Of a DNA stretch of 64,000 nucleotides, positions 17,354 through 25,379 are shown one piece after another. The position numbers were made by a program, and so were the translations under genes. This stretch comes from an uncultured Thermoanaerobaculia bacterium. Its GTDB lineage: Bacteria > Acidobacteriota > Thermoanaerobaculia > Multivoradales > JAGPDF01. Under the pieces are notes generated by a model. That model made no database searches and was not told the DNA's origin. It was given only the letters and a program-made list of their open reading frames with translations. How positions within the stretch are numbered: position 1 is the first letter of the stretch; the number at the start of each line of letters is the position of its first letter. Where the stretch lies: assembly GCA_964590905.1 (NCBI GenBank), contig CAZPYU010000285.1, positions 488 through 64,487 on the forward strand, written 5' to 3'.

Positions 17354-18543
17354 CTCTCGACCGAATCGCGCAGGCTCTGCGCCACCTCGGCGCGAATCTC
17401 GGTGCGGGCGTAGACGCGGGCGAGATCGATGCGGGCCAGATGGCGCAGAAAGTGGCTGGCGCTCGCCAAGGGCTCGAGACGACCGTCCGCTCCCACGACC
17501 GGGACGTTGCCGGTCGAGAGGCGGTGCGGATCTTTGGCCGAGCGAGCGACCAGGAGCGAGCCTTTTCCGAACCGCGCCTCGAGCTTTGGCACCGCGCTCT
17601 CGAACGCTTCGCGCTCCGTGGGCGTGGGGTGCTCCCGGGTTTCGAAGGCAAGCGGAAAGTGAGCGCGATCGACGACTGCGCGGGCGTGCGGATCGGTCGC
17701 GGCGCGCAACGCCGCAAGGACCGAGTGATCGTCCGCGAGCAGGAACTCCTCGGGGTCCGCCGGCCAGAAGCGCTCGCCGCCCTCGAGCCACGCGGTCAAG
17801 TGATGCTCGAGCGCCTTTCCAGTGACGTTGAAGTAGACCTGGGTGAACATGTAGTAGCGCGCCAGGATCAGCGCCTCGACCGCGTGGACTCCTCCCGCTT
17901 CGATTCCCAACCTGGTCTCGCCGCTCGCCGGATCGACGACGGCGACTAGCGTATCGACCAGGCGGTCGAGATCGTAGACGCCGTAGCGGACGCCGCAAAA
18001 GAGGCTGTCGCGCAAGAGGTAGTCCATCTTGTCGACATCCAGCTCGCCCGACAGGATGTCGGCCAGAAAGCGGCGCTCGGGCGCTACCCGGCCGGCGAGC
18101 AGGTCGGCGACCGCCTCGACCTCGAGACCGTCACCGTGCCGCGCGAAAAGGTCGCGGATCTCCGCCGTCGCGAGCAGCCGTCGGGTCATCTCCTCGTGAT
18201 CGATGCCGCCAGCGAAACGGTCCTCGGCCGAGTGACTGAAGGGCGCGTGGCCGATGTCGTGGACGAGGGCGGCGGCCCGGAGCAACCGGCGAGTGGGGGC
18301 GAGCTCGGCCGCCGGCAGCAGGTCGGAGCGTCTCGCGATCAGCGTGTCGAAGACTCTGCCGGCGAGCCCCATGGCGCCGAGCACGTGACTGAAACGGCTG
18401 TGCTCAGCGCCAGGATAGACGAGAAAAGTGAAGCCGAGCTGGTGGATCCAGCGCAGGCGCTGGACCGGACGGCTCCCGACGAGCGCGCTCTCGAACGGGT
18501 CGGCGTGCAAGAAACCGTGAATCGGATCGCGCAGGCGAAGCAC
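17350..18543 (-). CDS. HD-domain phosphohydrolase (COG1078, dNTPase/SAMHD1-like)
   Basis: LRDPIHGFL...VQRLRWIHQLGFTFLVYPGAEHSRFSHVLG...HDIGHAPFSH. Start at GTG 18543 inside track ORF 17350..19209. Confidence 0.8.
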   Translation of the reverse strand: MLRLRDPIHGFLHADPFESALVGSRPVQRLRWIHQLGFTFLVYPGAEHSRFSHVLGAMGLAGRVFDTLIARRSDLLPAAELAPTRRLLRAAALVHDIGHAPFSHSAEDRFAGGIDHEEMTRRLLATAEIRDLFARHGDGLEVEAVADLLAGRVAPERRFLADILSGELDVDKMDYLLRDSLFCGVRYGVYDLDRLVDTLVAVVDPASGETRLGIEAGGVHAVEALILARYYMFTQVYFNVTGKALEHHLTAWLEGGERFWPADPEEFLLADDHSVLAALRAATDPHARAVVDRAHFPLAFETREHPTPTEREAFESAVPKLEARFGKGSLLVARSAKDPHRLSTGNVPVVGADGRLEPLASASHFLRHLARIDLARVYARTEIRAEVAQSLRDSVES

Positions 18544-18569
18544 GCGCGACGATGATACCGGAGCAGATA

Positions 18570-19349
18570 CTAAAATTGCGGCGCTGTCTCGGTGCCGCCC
18601 AGGACCCGCGACATCTCGGCCGAACGAGCTAGAAAGAGGATCGCTAGCAGGAGCCCGGCAGTGCCAGTGAGACGGCGAAGCACGGGCGACACGAAACGGG
18701 CGCTCGCCAAGAGCGCCACGGCGGCGAGGAGGGTGAGGAGGTCGCTTCCCAGCGCCTGTTTTGCCTCGCCTGGCCAGATCCAGGCCGCGGCGAGGAGCGA
18801 GGGAGCCGCGAGGGGACAGAACCAGCGGGGGCGACCGAGAACGAGCTCGGCGGCGGCCAGGGCGAGCGGTAGGCGCAGGAGCGCGGCGAGCACGATCCGC
18901 GTCGCGCTGCCACCAGGCCCCCAGCCGATCCGCAGCAGCTCCGACCCGAACGCGTGCGCAGCGACGCCGAGGAGGCCGAAGAGCGCCACCACGCGCCACG
19001 CTGCCGGTTCGAGCCGACGCCACGCGAACACCGTTCCGCAGTCGACAAGTGCGAGCGCGCTGAGGACGACGGCAATGAGGCGGGCCGGAATCGAATCGCG
19101 TATCGGGAAGGTCAGCACCGTAGCGATGGCGTCGTCGGGACGATAGGCGATCGCCAGCGCGGTGACCAAGACCGCTGTCAAAAGCATTGCTGGGGCGGCG
19201 AGTGACCAAGCGCGTTTCGAGCCGTCCTCCGCTGCGACCGCGAGGCGTAGCGGCACCAGGACGTGCAACCCGAAAACGACCAGATTGAGGGCCAAGACGA
19301 GAGACGCGACGGCGATCAGAGGGAGCTCCAGTCGAGATCGGTCAGACAC
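18570..19349 (-). CDS. hypothetical multi-pass membrane protein
   Basis: About 8 hydrophobic segments and no recognised family. Its start overlaps the folK 3' end by 34 nt, so the start is uncertain. Confidence 0.45.
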   Translation of the reverse strand: MSDRSRLELPLIAVASLVLALNLVVFGLHVLVPLRLAVAAEDGSKRAWSLAAPAMLLTAVLVTALAIAYRPDDAIATVLTFPIRDSIPARLIAVVLSALALVDCGTVFAWRRLEPAAWRVVALFGLLGVAAHAFGSELLRIGWGPGGSATRIVLAALLRLPLALAAAELVLGRPRWFCPLAAPSLLAAAWIWPGEAKQALGSDLLTLLAAVALLASARFVSPVLRRLTGTAGLLLAILFLARSAEMSRVLGGTETAPQF

Positions 19350-19882
19350 TCGACGGTCGGCGATGCCGGGAGAGCTGCGAGGAGCGTCGAAACCGAGGCA
19401 CCATCGGGCGGAAGACCGAGGTCGGGCGCCAGGTCGTGGAGCGGCGCCAGGACGAAGCGGCGCAGCCGCAGCCGCGGATGGGGGAGGACGAGGTCGGGCG
19501 CTGTCAGCTGCTGGTCGCCGGCGAAGAGCAGATCGAGGTCGATCTCGCGCGGACCGCCGGGCGGCGCGCTCGCCGAGCGACGGCGTCCGAGCTGCCGCTC
19601 GATCTCGAGCGCCAGTGCTAGGAGCGCCTCCGGCGCACGGTGGGAACGAGCCAGCGCCACGGCGTTCAGGAAATCGGGCTGCGCGATGGGCGAGAGCGGC
19701 TGGGTGCGATAGAGCGGCGAAACGGCGAGCTCTCCCAACTCCCGCCGCAGAGCGGCGAGAGCGCGACCGAGGGTGAGGCGGGCATCGCCGAGATTCGCGC
19801 CGAGACCGAAACCGACGAGGGGCGCGCCTTCAGGCTTCGTCGTCGAGGTCCTCTTCCTCTTCGACCTCGGCGTGCTCGCCAT
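19316..19882 (-). CDS. folK: 2-amino-4-hydroxy-6-hydroxymethyldihydropteridine diphosphokinase (HPPK)
   Basis: LGANLGD...SPLYRTQP...PDFLNAV...REIDLDLL...LPHPRL. The only canonical in-frame start upstream of the conserved N-terminus is ATG 19882, which overlaps the upstream gene by 53 nt. Confidence 0.7.
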   Translation of the reverse strand: MASTPRSKRKRTSTTKPEGAPLVGFGLGANLGDARLTLGRALAALRRELGELAVSPLYRTQPLSPIAQPDFLNAVALARSHRAPEALLALALEIERQLGRRRSASAPPGGPREIDLDLLFAGDQQLTAPDLVLPHPRLRLRRFVLAPLHDLAPDLGLPPDGASVSTLLAALPASPTVECLTDLDWSSL

Positions 19883-20144
19883 CGACTGCTTCGGGGTGCA
19901 CCAGCTCTTCGTCGGATACTTCGACCTCGCCTCCGGCGGGAGCCGACTCTTCTTCCTCGACCGCACCGCGAGCCGGTTCGTCGCGACGCTTACGCTTGGC
20001 ATGGAACGACTCGGTGGCCATCTCCGGCTTCTTGGCGTCCCTCGGATCCGCGCCGCATTTCGGACAGGTCGGCACGCTTCGCCCAAGGTCATAGAAGAGG
20101 GCGCCACAGCTATGGCATTCGTATTTTGCGCCGAGCTCGGGCAT
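19830..20144 (-). CDS. zinc-ribbon protein with acidic tail (TIGR02300 FYDLN_acid-like)
   Basis: MPELGAKYECHSCGALFYDLGRSVPTCPKCG followed by a Glu/Asp-rich C-terminus. 104 aa, from the 3' part of track ORF 19830..20630. Confidence 0.65.
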   Translation of the reverse strand: MPELGAKYECHSCGALFYDLGRSVPTCPKCGADPRDAKKPEMATESFHAKRKRRDEPARGAVEEEESAPAGGEVEVSDEELVHPEAVDGEHAEVEEEEDLDDEA

Positions 20145-20247
20145 GCGATCGGATCTCGTGGTTTGCCTCGGAGTCGCGGGACGGTAGCAGCGCGACTCGG
20201 GGCTGTCAACCGCGCGGCGAGCGGGTAGGATCGCCGCGGCACGGAGG

Positions 20248-21027
20248 ATGCAAACGAGTTCGGAGGCGCCGGGGGCGCGAGCGTTCATGTCCACTTCAGC
20301 GATCCGCTTTCGACTCGTTCTCGCCCTCGGGTGCGCCCTTTTTCCGGCCGCGACGCGGGCGGAGCGCGCCGCCGACCCGCCGCCCAATCCCGATGCCCCC
20401 GGCCTCAGCCTGGCGGAGCGTCTCGACGCCCTCATCGAGCGCGTGCGCCACGAGCAGAAGCTGCTGCGGACGTTCGAAGCCGACTTCGTCCAGGAGAAGG
20501 CGAGTGAGTTCCTCGCCGAGCCGGAGACGGCGCGTGGCAATGTCGCCTTCGAGCAGCCTGACCGAGTGCGCTGGGAGTACCTGGCGCCCAAGCCGATCAC
20601 GGTGCTGATCCGGGGAGACGAGATGCTCACCTGGTACCGCGATCTCGGGCGCGCCGAGAAGGTCGAGGTCGGACGCCTCTCCTCGCAGGTCTTTCAGTAC
20701 CTCAACGCCAGTGGCTCGCTCGAATCGCTGTTGCGGTACTTCCGGGCCAACGTCAGCTTCCCGTCCGCGGACGAGCCGTTCAAGATCGAGCTGGTGCCTC
20801 GTTACGCGAGAGTAGCGCGGCGACTGGCGACGATGACACTCTGGATCGATCGCCAGCTCTTCTTGCCGGCGCGCGTCCGCTACGTCGAGCCCAACGGCGA
20901 CGTCACCGAGTACCGGCTCGACAAGATGCGGATCAACGGCACGATCCCCGCCGACCGCTTCGAGCTCCGCCTCCCGGCGGGAACCGAGTTGCGCGAGATC
21001 GACCTCGACGGCTCGTCGAGCGATTGA
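20248..21027 (+). CDS. LolA/LolB-like outer-membrane lipoprotein carrier/sorting protein
   Basis: FEADFVQEK...VRWEY..P...LTWY... pattern (COG2834-like). The N-terminal signal has a possible lipobox LALGC. ATG 20287 is an alternative start. Confidence 0.65.
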   Translation: MQTSSEAPGARAFMSTSAIRFRLVLALGCALFPAATRAERAADPPPNPDAPGLSLAERLDALIERVRHEQKLLRTFEADFVQEKASEFLAEPETARGNVAFEQPDRVRWEYLAPKPITVLIRGDEMLTWYRDLGRAEKVEVGRLSSQVFQYLNASGSLESLLRYFRANVSFPSADEPFKIELVPRYARVARRLATMTLWIDRQLFLPARVRYVEPNGDVTEYRLDKMRINGTIPADRFELRLPAGTELREIDLDGSSSD

Positions 21028-22166
21028 GCCTGCGCTTCGAGCTCCTCGCTCGGGACGGCCGGGCGCGCCGCGGCCGCGTCGACACGGCGCACGGGTCGAT
21101 CGAGACCCCCGCTTTCATGCCGGTCGGGACGCTGGGAGCCGTCAAGGGTCTGGCGCCCGGCGAGCTCGAGGCGGTGGGCGCCGAAGTGATGCTGGTCAAC
21201 CTCTACCACCTCACCCTGCGGCCCGGAATTGAAGCGATCGAGAGACTCGGTGGCCTGCATCGCTTCACCTCTTGGACGCGACCTCTGCTGACCGACTCGG
21301 GCGGCTTCCAGGTCTTCAGTCTCGGCGCACAGCGCAAGATCGACGGCGAGGGAGTGACGTTTCGCAGCCACCTCGACGGCGCCGCAGTCCGCTTCACCCC
21401 CGAGAGTGTCGTCGCGGCGCAGGAGCGACTCGGCGTCGACATCGCCATGATGCTCGACGAGTGCCCGCCCTGGCCGATCGCGGAGGGCGCCGCCGAAGCG
21501 GCGCTCGAACGGACGCTCGGCTGGGCGCGGCGAGCGATCTCCGCTCGCCGCAGAGCCGAGCCGACGGCGCTCTTCGGGATCGCCCAAGGGAGTGTCTTCC
21601 GCGCTCTGCGCGAGCGCGCGGTGGTGCGCCTCGCGGAGCTCCCGTTCGACGGCTTCGCGATCGGCGGCGTCTCGGTAGGCGAGCCCGAGGCGCTGCGGCG
21701 GGCGGTCGTCGAGTGGACGGCTCCGCTCTTGCCGGAGGCGAGCCCTCGCTACCTCATGGGGGTCGGAACACCCGACGATCTGCTGCACGCCGTCCAGCAG
21801 GGCGTGGATCTGTTCGACTGCGTCCTGCCGACGCGGAACGCCCGGCACGGCCTGCTCTACACCAGGAGCGGCGTGCTGCGGCTCAAGAACGCGCGCTATC
21901 GGGAGGACGACCGCCCGCTGGATCCGGCCTGCCTCTGTCCGGTCTGCCGGCGGATCTCACGCGCCTTTCTCCACCATCTGCTGCGCGCCGGAGAGCTGAC
22001 CGCGGCGGTTCTCGCGACCGTGCACAATCTGAGCTACTTCCTTGACTTCATGAGGGAAGTCCGAGAAGCTATCGCGTCTCGTCGGCTGGAGGAGCTGGTC
22101 CGGTCCCGGGCCCTCCTGGCGGTCGACCCGGATCGCTCCGAGATTCCCGCCGCGTCGAACCGTTGA
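21024..22166 (+). CDS. tgt: tRNA-guanine transglycosylase (queuine tRNA-ribosyltransferase)
   Basis: ARRGRVDTAHGSIETPAFMPVGT...TDSGGFQV...CLCPVC zinc site. TTGA overlap with the upstream stop. Confidence 0.9.
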   Translation: MSLRFELLARDGRARRGRVDTAHGSIETPAFMPVGTLGAVKGLAPGELEAVGAEVMLVNLYHLTLRPGIEAIERLGGLHRFTSWTRPLLTDSGGFQVFSLGAQRKIDGEGVTFRSHLDGAAVRFTPESVVAAQERLGVDIAMMLDECPPWPIAEGAAEAALERTLGWARRAISARRRAEPTALFGIAQGSVFRALRERAVVRLAELPFDGFAIGGVSVGEPEALRRAVVEWTAPLLPEASPRYLMGVGTPDDLLHAVQQGVDLFDCVLPTRNARHGLLYTRSGVLRLKNARYREDDRPLDPACLCPVCRRISRAFLHHLLRAGELTAAVLATVHNLSYFLDFMREVREAIASRRLEELVRSRALLAVDPDRSEIPAASNR

Positions 22167-22230
22167 GGACGGGCCCGCCCGCCCTTTCGCGCTCGGAAGG
22201 CTCGGACGCCGCCGTTAGGAGGCGTTGAAG

Positions 22231-22560
22231 ATGGAGCTCGCGCTCGTCCAGCTCGCTCAGGCCGGAGGTCAGGCCCCGTCTGCGTTCCTGCAGTTCGTGC
22301 CGATCCTGTTGATCTTCGGGATCTTCTACTTCTTGCTCCTGGCGCCGATGCGGAAACGCCAGAAGCTGCACCAGGCGCTCCTGACCGCGCTCAAGCGGGG
22401 CGACAGGGTAGTCACCAACGGCGGGCTTTTGGGCGAGATCGCGGCGGTCGAGGAGCGCGTCATCCATCTCAAGCTCGCCGACAACGTCCGGGTCCGAGTG
22501 ATCCGCTCGGCGATCGCCGGTCTCGAGGGAGACCCGGTGAGCGAGGAGAGTAAAGGATGA
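22231..22560 (+). CDS. yajC: preprotein translocase subunit YajC
   Basis: AGGAGG lies 8 nt upstream of ATG 22231. ILLIFGIFYFLLLAPMRKRQK...GDRVVTNGGLLGEI. Confidence 0.85.
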   Translation: MELALVQLAQAGGQAPSAFLQFVPILLIFGIFYFLLLAPMRKRQKLHQALLTALKRGDRVVTNGGLLGEIAAVEERVIHLKLADNVRVRVIRSAIAGLEGDPVSEESKG

Positions 22561-24134
22561 GAGCCAGCCTTCTTTGGCGGGGGGCGTTGGTCGTTCTCCT
22601 TGTTGCTCTCACCATCTGGAGCGCTTGGCCGCTCGAGGAGAAGCTCAACCTCGGTCTCGACCTGCAAGGCGGAATCCATCTCGTGCTCGAAGTTCAGACC
22701 GTCGATGCCGTCCGCGCCGAAACCGACCAGGACAGCGAAGTGCTACGACGGGAGGCCGAAGAGGAGGGGATCGTCGGGGCGCACCCCAACCGCTTGGAGG
22801 ATGCGTCGTTCGAAGTCACCGGCTTTCCCGCCGAGAGTCGGGGCGCGCTCGAAGAGGTCGCCCGCGAGTGGCTCGACACGCGCTGGGACTGGAGCCGTGA
22901 CGGCGATCGGCTGCTGTTCAGCATGAAGGACTCGAATCGAACCTTCATCGAAAACGGTGCGGTCGACCAGGCGGTGAACACGATCCGCAAGCGCATCGAC
23001 CAGTTCGGCGTCGCCGAGCCGCTGATCGCCCGCCAGGGCGGCGGCGCGCGGATCGTCGTGCAGTTGCCCGGCGTCGACGACCCCGACCGGGTGATCGGGA
23101 TCATCAAGCAGACGGCCTTCCTCGAATTCCGCCTTTGCGAATATCCGTCGAGCGGCGGCGGCGTGCAATCGCGTGTACAGATCCTGGCGCAATACAACGG
23201 CCAGCTTCCGCCCGAGGTCGAGATCTTTCCGAAGAAAGAGCGCGACCCGGCGACCGGGAAGGTCGTCTCCGAGACGTTCTATGCGCTGCAGAAACGGCGG
23301 GTCATCACCGGTCGCGACCTCAAGGCAGCGAACCCATCCCAGGGCCGGATCGGCGAGCCGGTAGTCACGTTCCAACTCACCGCCGAGGGCTCGCGCTTCT
23401 TCGGCGAGGCCACGGCAGCCAACATCGGGCGGGGCCTCGCCATCGTGCTCGACAACGAGGTCATCTCGGCGCCGCGGATCAACGCACGGATCACGGATTC
23501 CGGAGTCATCGAGGGCGGCTTTTCGCAGCAGGAGGTCATCGACCTGGTCAACAACCTGCGCTCAGGAGCCCTACCGGCGGGCATCGTGATCCTCGAGAAC
23601 CGCACCGTCGGCCCCTCGCTCGGCCAGGATTCGATCGAGGCTGGCCTGAAAGCGGGACTCTACGGCTCGCTCCTCGTGGTGCTCTTCATGTTGATCGTCT
23701 ACCGCCTCGCGGGTGTCAACTCGATCGTCGCGCTGGGCTTGAACGTGGCGCTGATCTTCGGCGCCCTGGCCTCCTTCGGTGCCACGCTGACGCTACCCGG
23801 CATCGCGGGCATCGTGCTCACGATCGGCATGGCGGTCGACGCCTCGGTCTTGGTCTTCGAACGGATCAAGGAGGAGCTGCGCGCCGGCAAGGCGGCCAAG
23901 TTCGCCATCGACGCCGGTTTCTCCAACGCGCTCTCGTCGATCATGGACGCCAACATCACGACCCTGATCGCGGCGCTCTTCCTCTTCCAGTTCGGCACCG
24001 GGCCGGTGCGTGGGTTCGCGGTCACGCTGTCGATCGGCATCTTCGGCACCCTCTTCTGCGGCGTCTTCGTCAGTCGCCTGCTCTTCGATCTGACTTACAG
24101 CCGACGATCTCAGGCGCAACGAATCTCGATCTAG
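22557..24134 (+). CDS. secD: protein translocase subunit SecD
   Basis: ATGA overlap with yajC. LGLDLQGG..., a large periplasmic domain and a C-terminal 6-TM SecD/F core. Confidence 0.9.
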   Translation: MRASLLWRGALVVLLVALTIWSAWPLEEKLNLGLDLQGGIHLVLEVQTVDAVRAETDQDSEVLRREAEEEGIVGAHPNRLEDASFEVTGFPAESRGALEEVAREWLDTRWDWSRDGDRLLFSMKDSNRTFIENGAVDQAVNTIRKRIDQFGVAEPLIARQGGGARIVVQLPGVDDPDRVIGIIKQTAFLEFRLCEYPSSGGGVQSRVQILAQYNGQLPPEVEIFPKKERDPATGKVVSETFYALQKRRVITGRDLKAANPSQGRIGEPVVTFQLTAEGSRFFGEATAANIGRGLAIVLDNEVISAPRINARITDSGVIEGGFSQQEVIDLVNNLRSGALPAGIVILENRTVGPSLGQDSIEAGLKAGLYGSLLVVLFMLIVYRLAGVNSIVALGLNVALIFGALASFGATLTLPGIAGIVLTIGMAVDASVLVFERIKEELRAGKAAKFAIDAGFSNALSSIMDANITTLIAALFLFQFGTGPVRGFAVTLSIGIFGTLFCGVFVSRLLFDLTYSRRSQAQRISI

Positions 24135-24150
24135 CGCGAACGGGCGGAAC

Positions 24151-25356
24151 ATGGAAATCCTGCGCAACCCGAACTTCGACTTCATGAAGTACCGCCGCTT
24201 CTGGATCGCGGTCTCGTTCGCGACCATCGTGGCGGGCCTGATCGGCATCTTCTTCTTCGAGCGCCTCAATTTCGGCGTCGACTTCGCCGGCGGCACGCAG
24301 TTGACGATCAAGTTTCGCGATGCCGTCGATGTCGAAGAGCTGCGAAACCTGGTCGCGGCTTCTGGTTTCAAGGAGTCAGTCATCCAGCGTTTCGGCGCCG
24401 CGGGAGCGAACGAGGTGATGATTCGCACCCCGATCCTGGCCACAGAGAACAGTGGCAGCGCCTCGCGCGAACCTGGGAGCGCCGCGCTCGTCCTCGCGGC
24501 GCTCGACCGCGCCTTCAACGAGGAGGTCAGGAATTCAGACCTGAACCGCATCGGAGCGCTGTCGATTCAACAGCTGCTCGTCGCCGCCAATCCCGACGGC
24601 GTGGGCTCCGAGCCTGCGGCCGCGCACTACGCCGGTGTGGCCGAGGCGGTCATGAAGCAGCGCAAGGCGGAGGGGATGTTCTCCTCCTGGGACCAGCTGG
24701 CGCGAGTCGACGGGCTGAGCTCTCGAGGGCTGGCGACGCTGCAAGGGAGCGCCAGTCTCGGCGCCTTCTCGGTGCTGGGAGTCGAGAACGTGGGGCCGCA
24801 AGTCGGCGCCGAGCTGCGCAAGAAAGGCGTCCTCGCGGTGGTCGGCGCGCTGGTCGGGATGCTCGGCTACATCTGGCTGCGGTTCGAGCTCCGGTTCGGA
24901 ATCGGCGCCACGATGGCGACGCTTCACGACATCCTGATCACGCTCGGCATCTTCGCTTGGATGGGGTACGAGTTCAATCTGACCACCGTCGCCGCTTTCC
25001 TGACCCTGATCGGCTACTCGGTGAACGACACCGTCGTCACGTTCGACCGGGTGCGGGAGAACATGCGCAAGGGCCGCTCGTTGGAGATGGTGGCGCTCCT
25101 CAACCGGAGCATCAATCAGACCCTCTCGCGCACCATCCTCACCGGCGGCACGACGATCCTGGTCTCGCTCTGTCTCTTGATCTACGGCGGCGACGTGATT
25201 CGCGGTTTCGCCTTCGTCATGGCGATCGGCGTCGTCGTTGGAACCTACTCGTCGATCTACATCGCGAGCCCGTTCGCGCTGCTCTGGGAAGAGTGGTTCG
25301 GAAAGAACGGCCGCTTCCGCAAGCGCGCCGCAGAGGAGCCCGGCAGGCGCCGGTAG
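24151..25356 (+). CDS. secF: protein translocase subunit SecF with an ~80-aa helix-hairpin-helix-like periplasmic insertion
   Basis: FGVDFAGGT...ENVGPQVG...IGYSVNDTVVTFDRVREN core. At 401 aa it is longer than canonical ~320-aa SecF. Confidence 0.9.
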   Translation: MEILRNPNFDFMKYRRFWIAVSFATIVAGLIGIFFFERLNFGVDFAGGTQLTIKFRDAVDVEELRNLVAASGFKESVIQRFGAAGANEVMIRTPILATENSGSASREPGSAALVLAALDRAFNEEVRNSDLNRIGALSIQQLLVAANPDGVGSEPAAAHYAGVAEAVMKQRKAEGMFSSWDQLARVDGLSSRGLATLQGSASLGAFSVLGVENVGPQVGAELRKKGVLAVVGALVGMLGYIWLRFELRFGIGATMATLHDILITLGIFAWMGYEFNLTTVAAFLTLIGYSVNDTVVTFDRVRENMRKGRSLEMVALLNRSINQTLSRTILTGGTTILVSLCLLIYGGDVIRGFAFVMAIGVVVGTYSSIYIASPFALLWEEWFGKNGRFRKRAAEEPGRRR

Positions 25357-25379
25357 CGCTTCATCCCTCGCCGATCGCG

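Noticed and set aside
17350-19209. Long N-terminal extensions in the ORF track, for example 17350..19209, 6974..8053, 8822..10168, 19830..20630, 24957..27617, 49137..51470, 51094..53460, 53786..55468, 58034..59524 and 60162..62807.
   Set aside because: Only the 3' portions carry recognisable protein sequence. The 5' portions are Arg/Pro-rich, overlap real neighbouring genes, and contain internal starts that coincide with 4-nt overlaps or RBS-like sequences. I trimmed the features accordingly.
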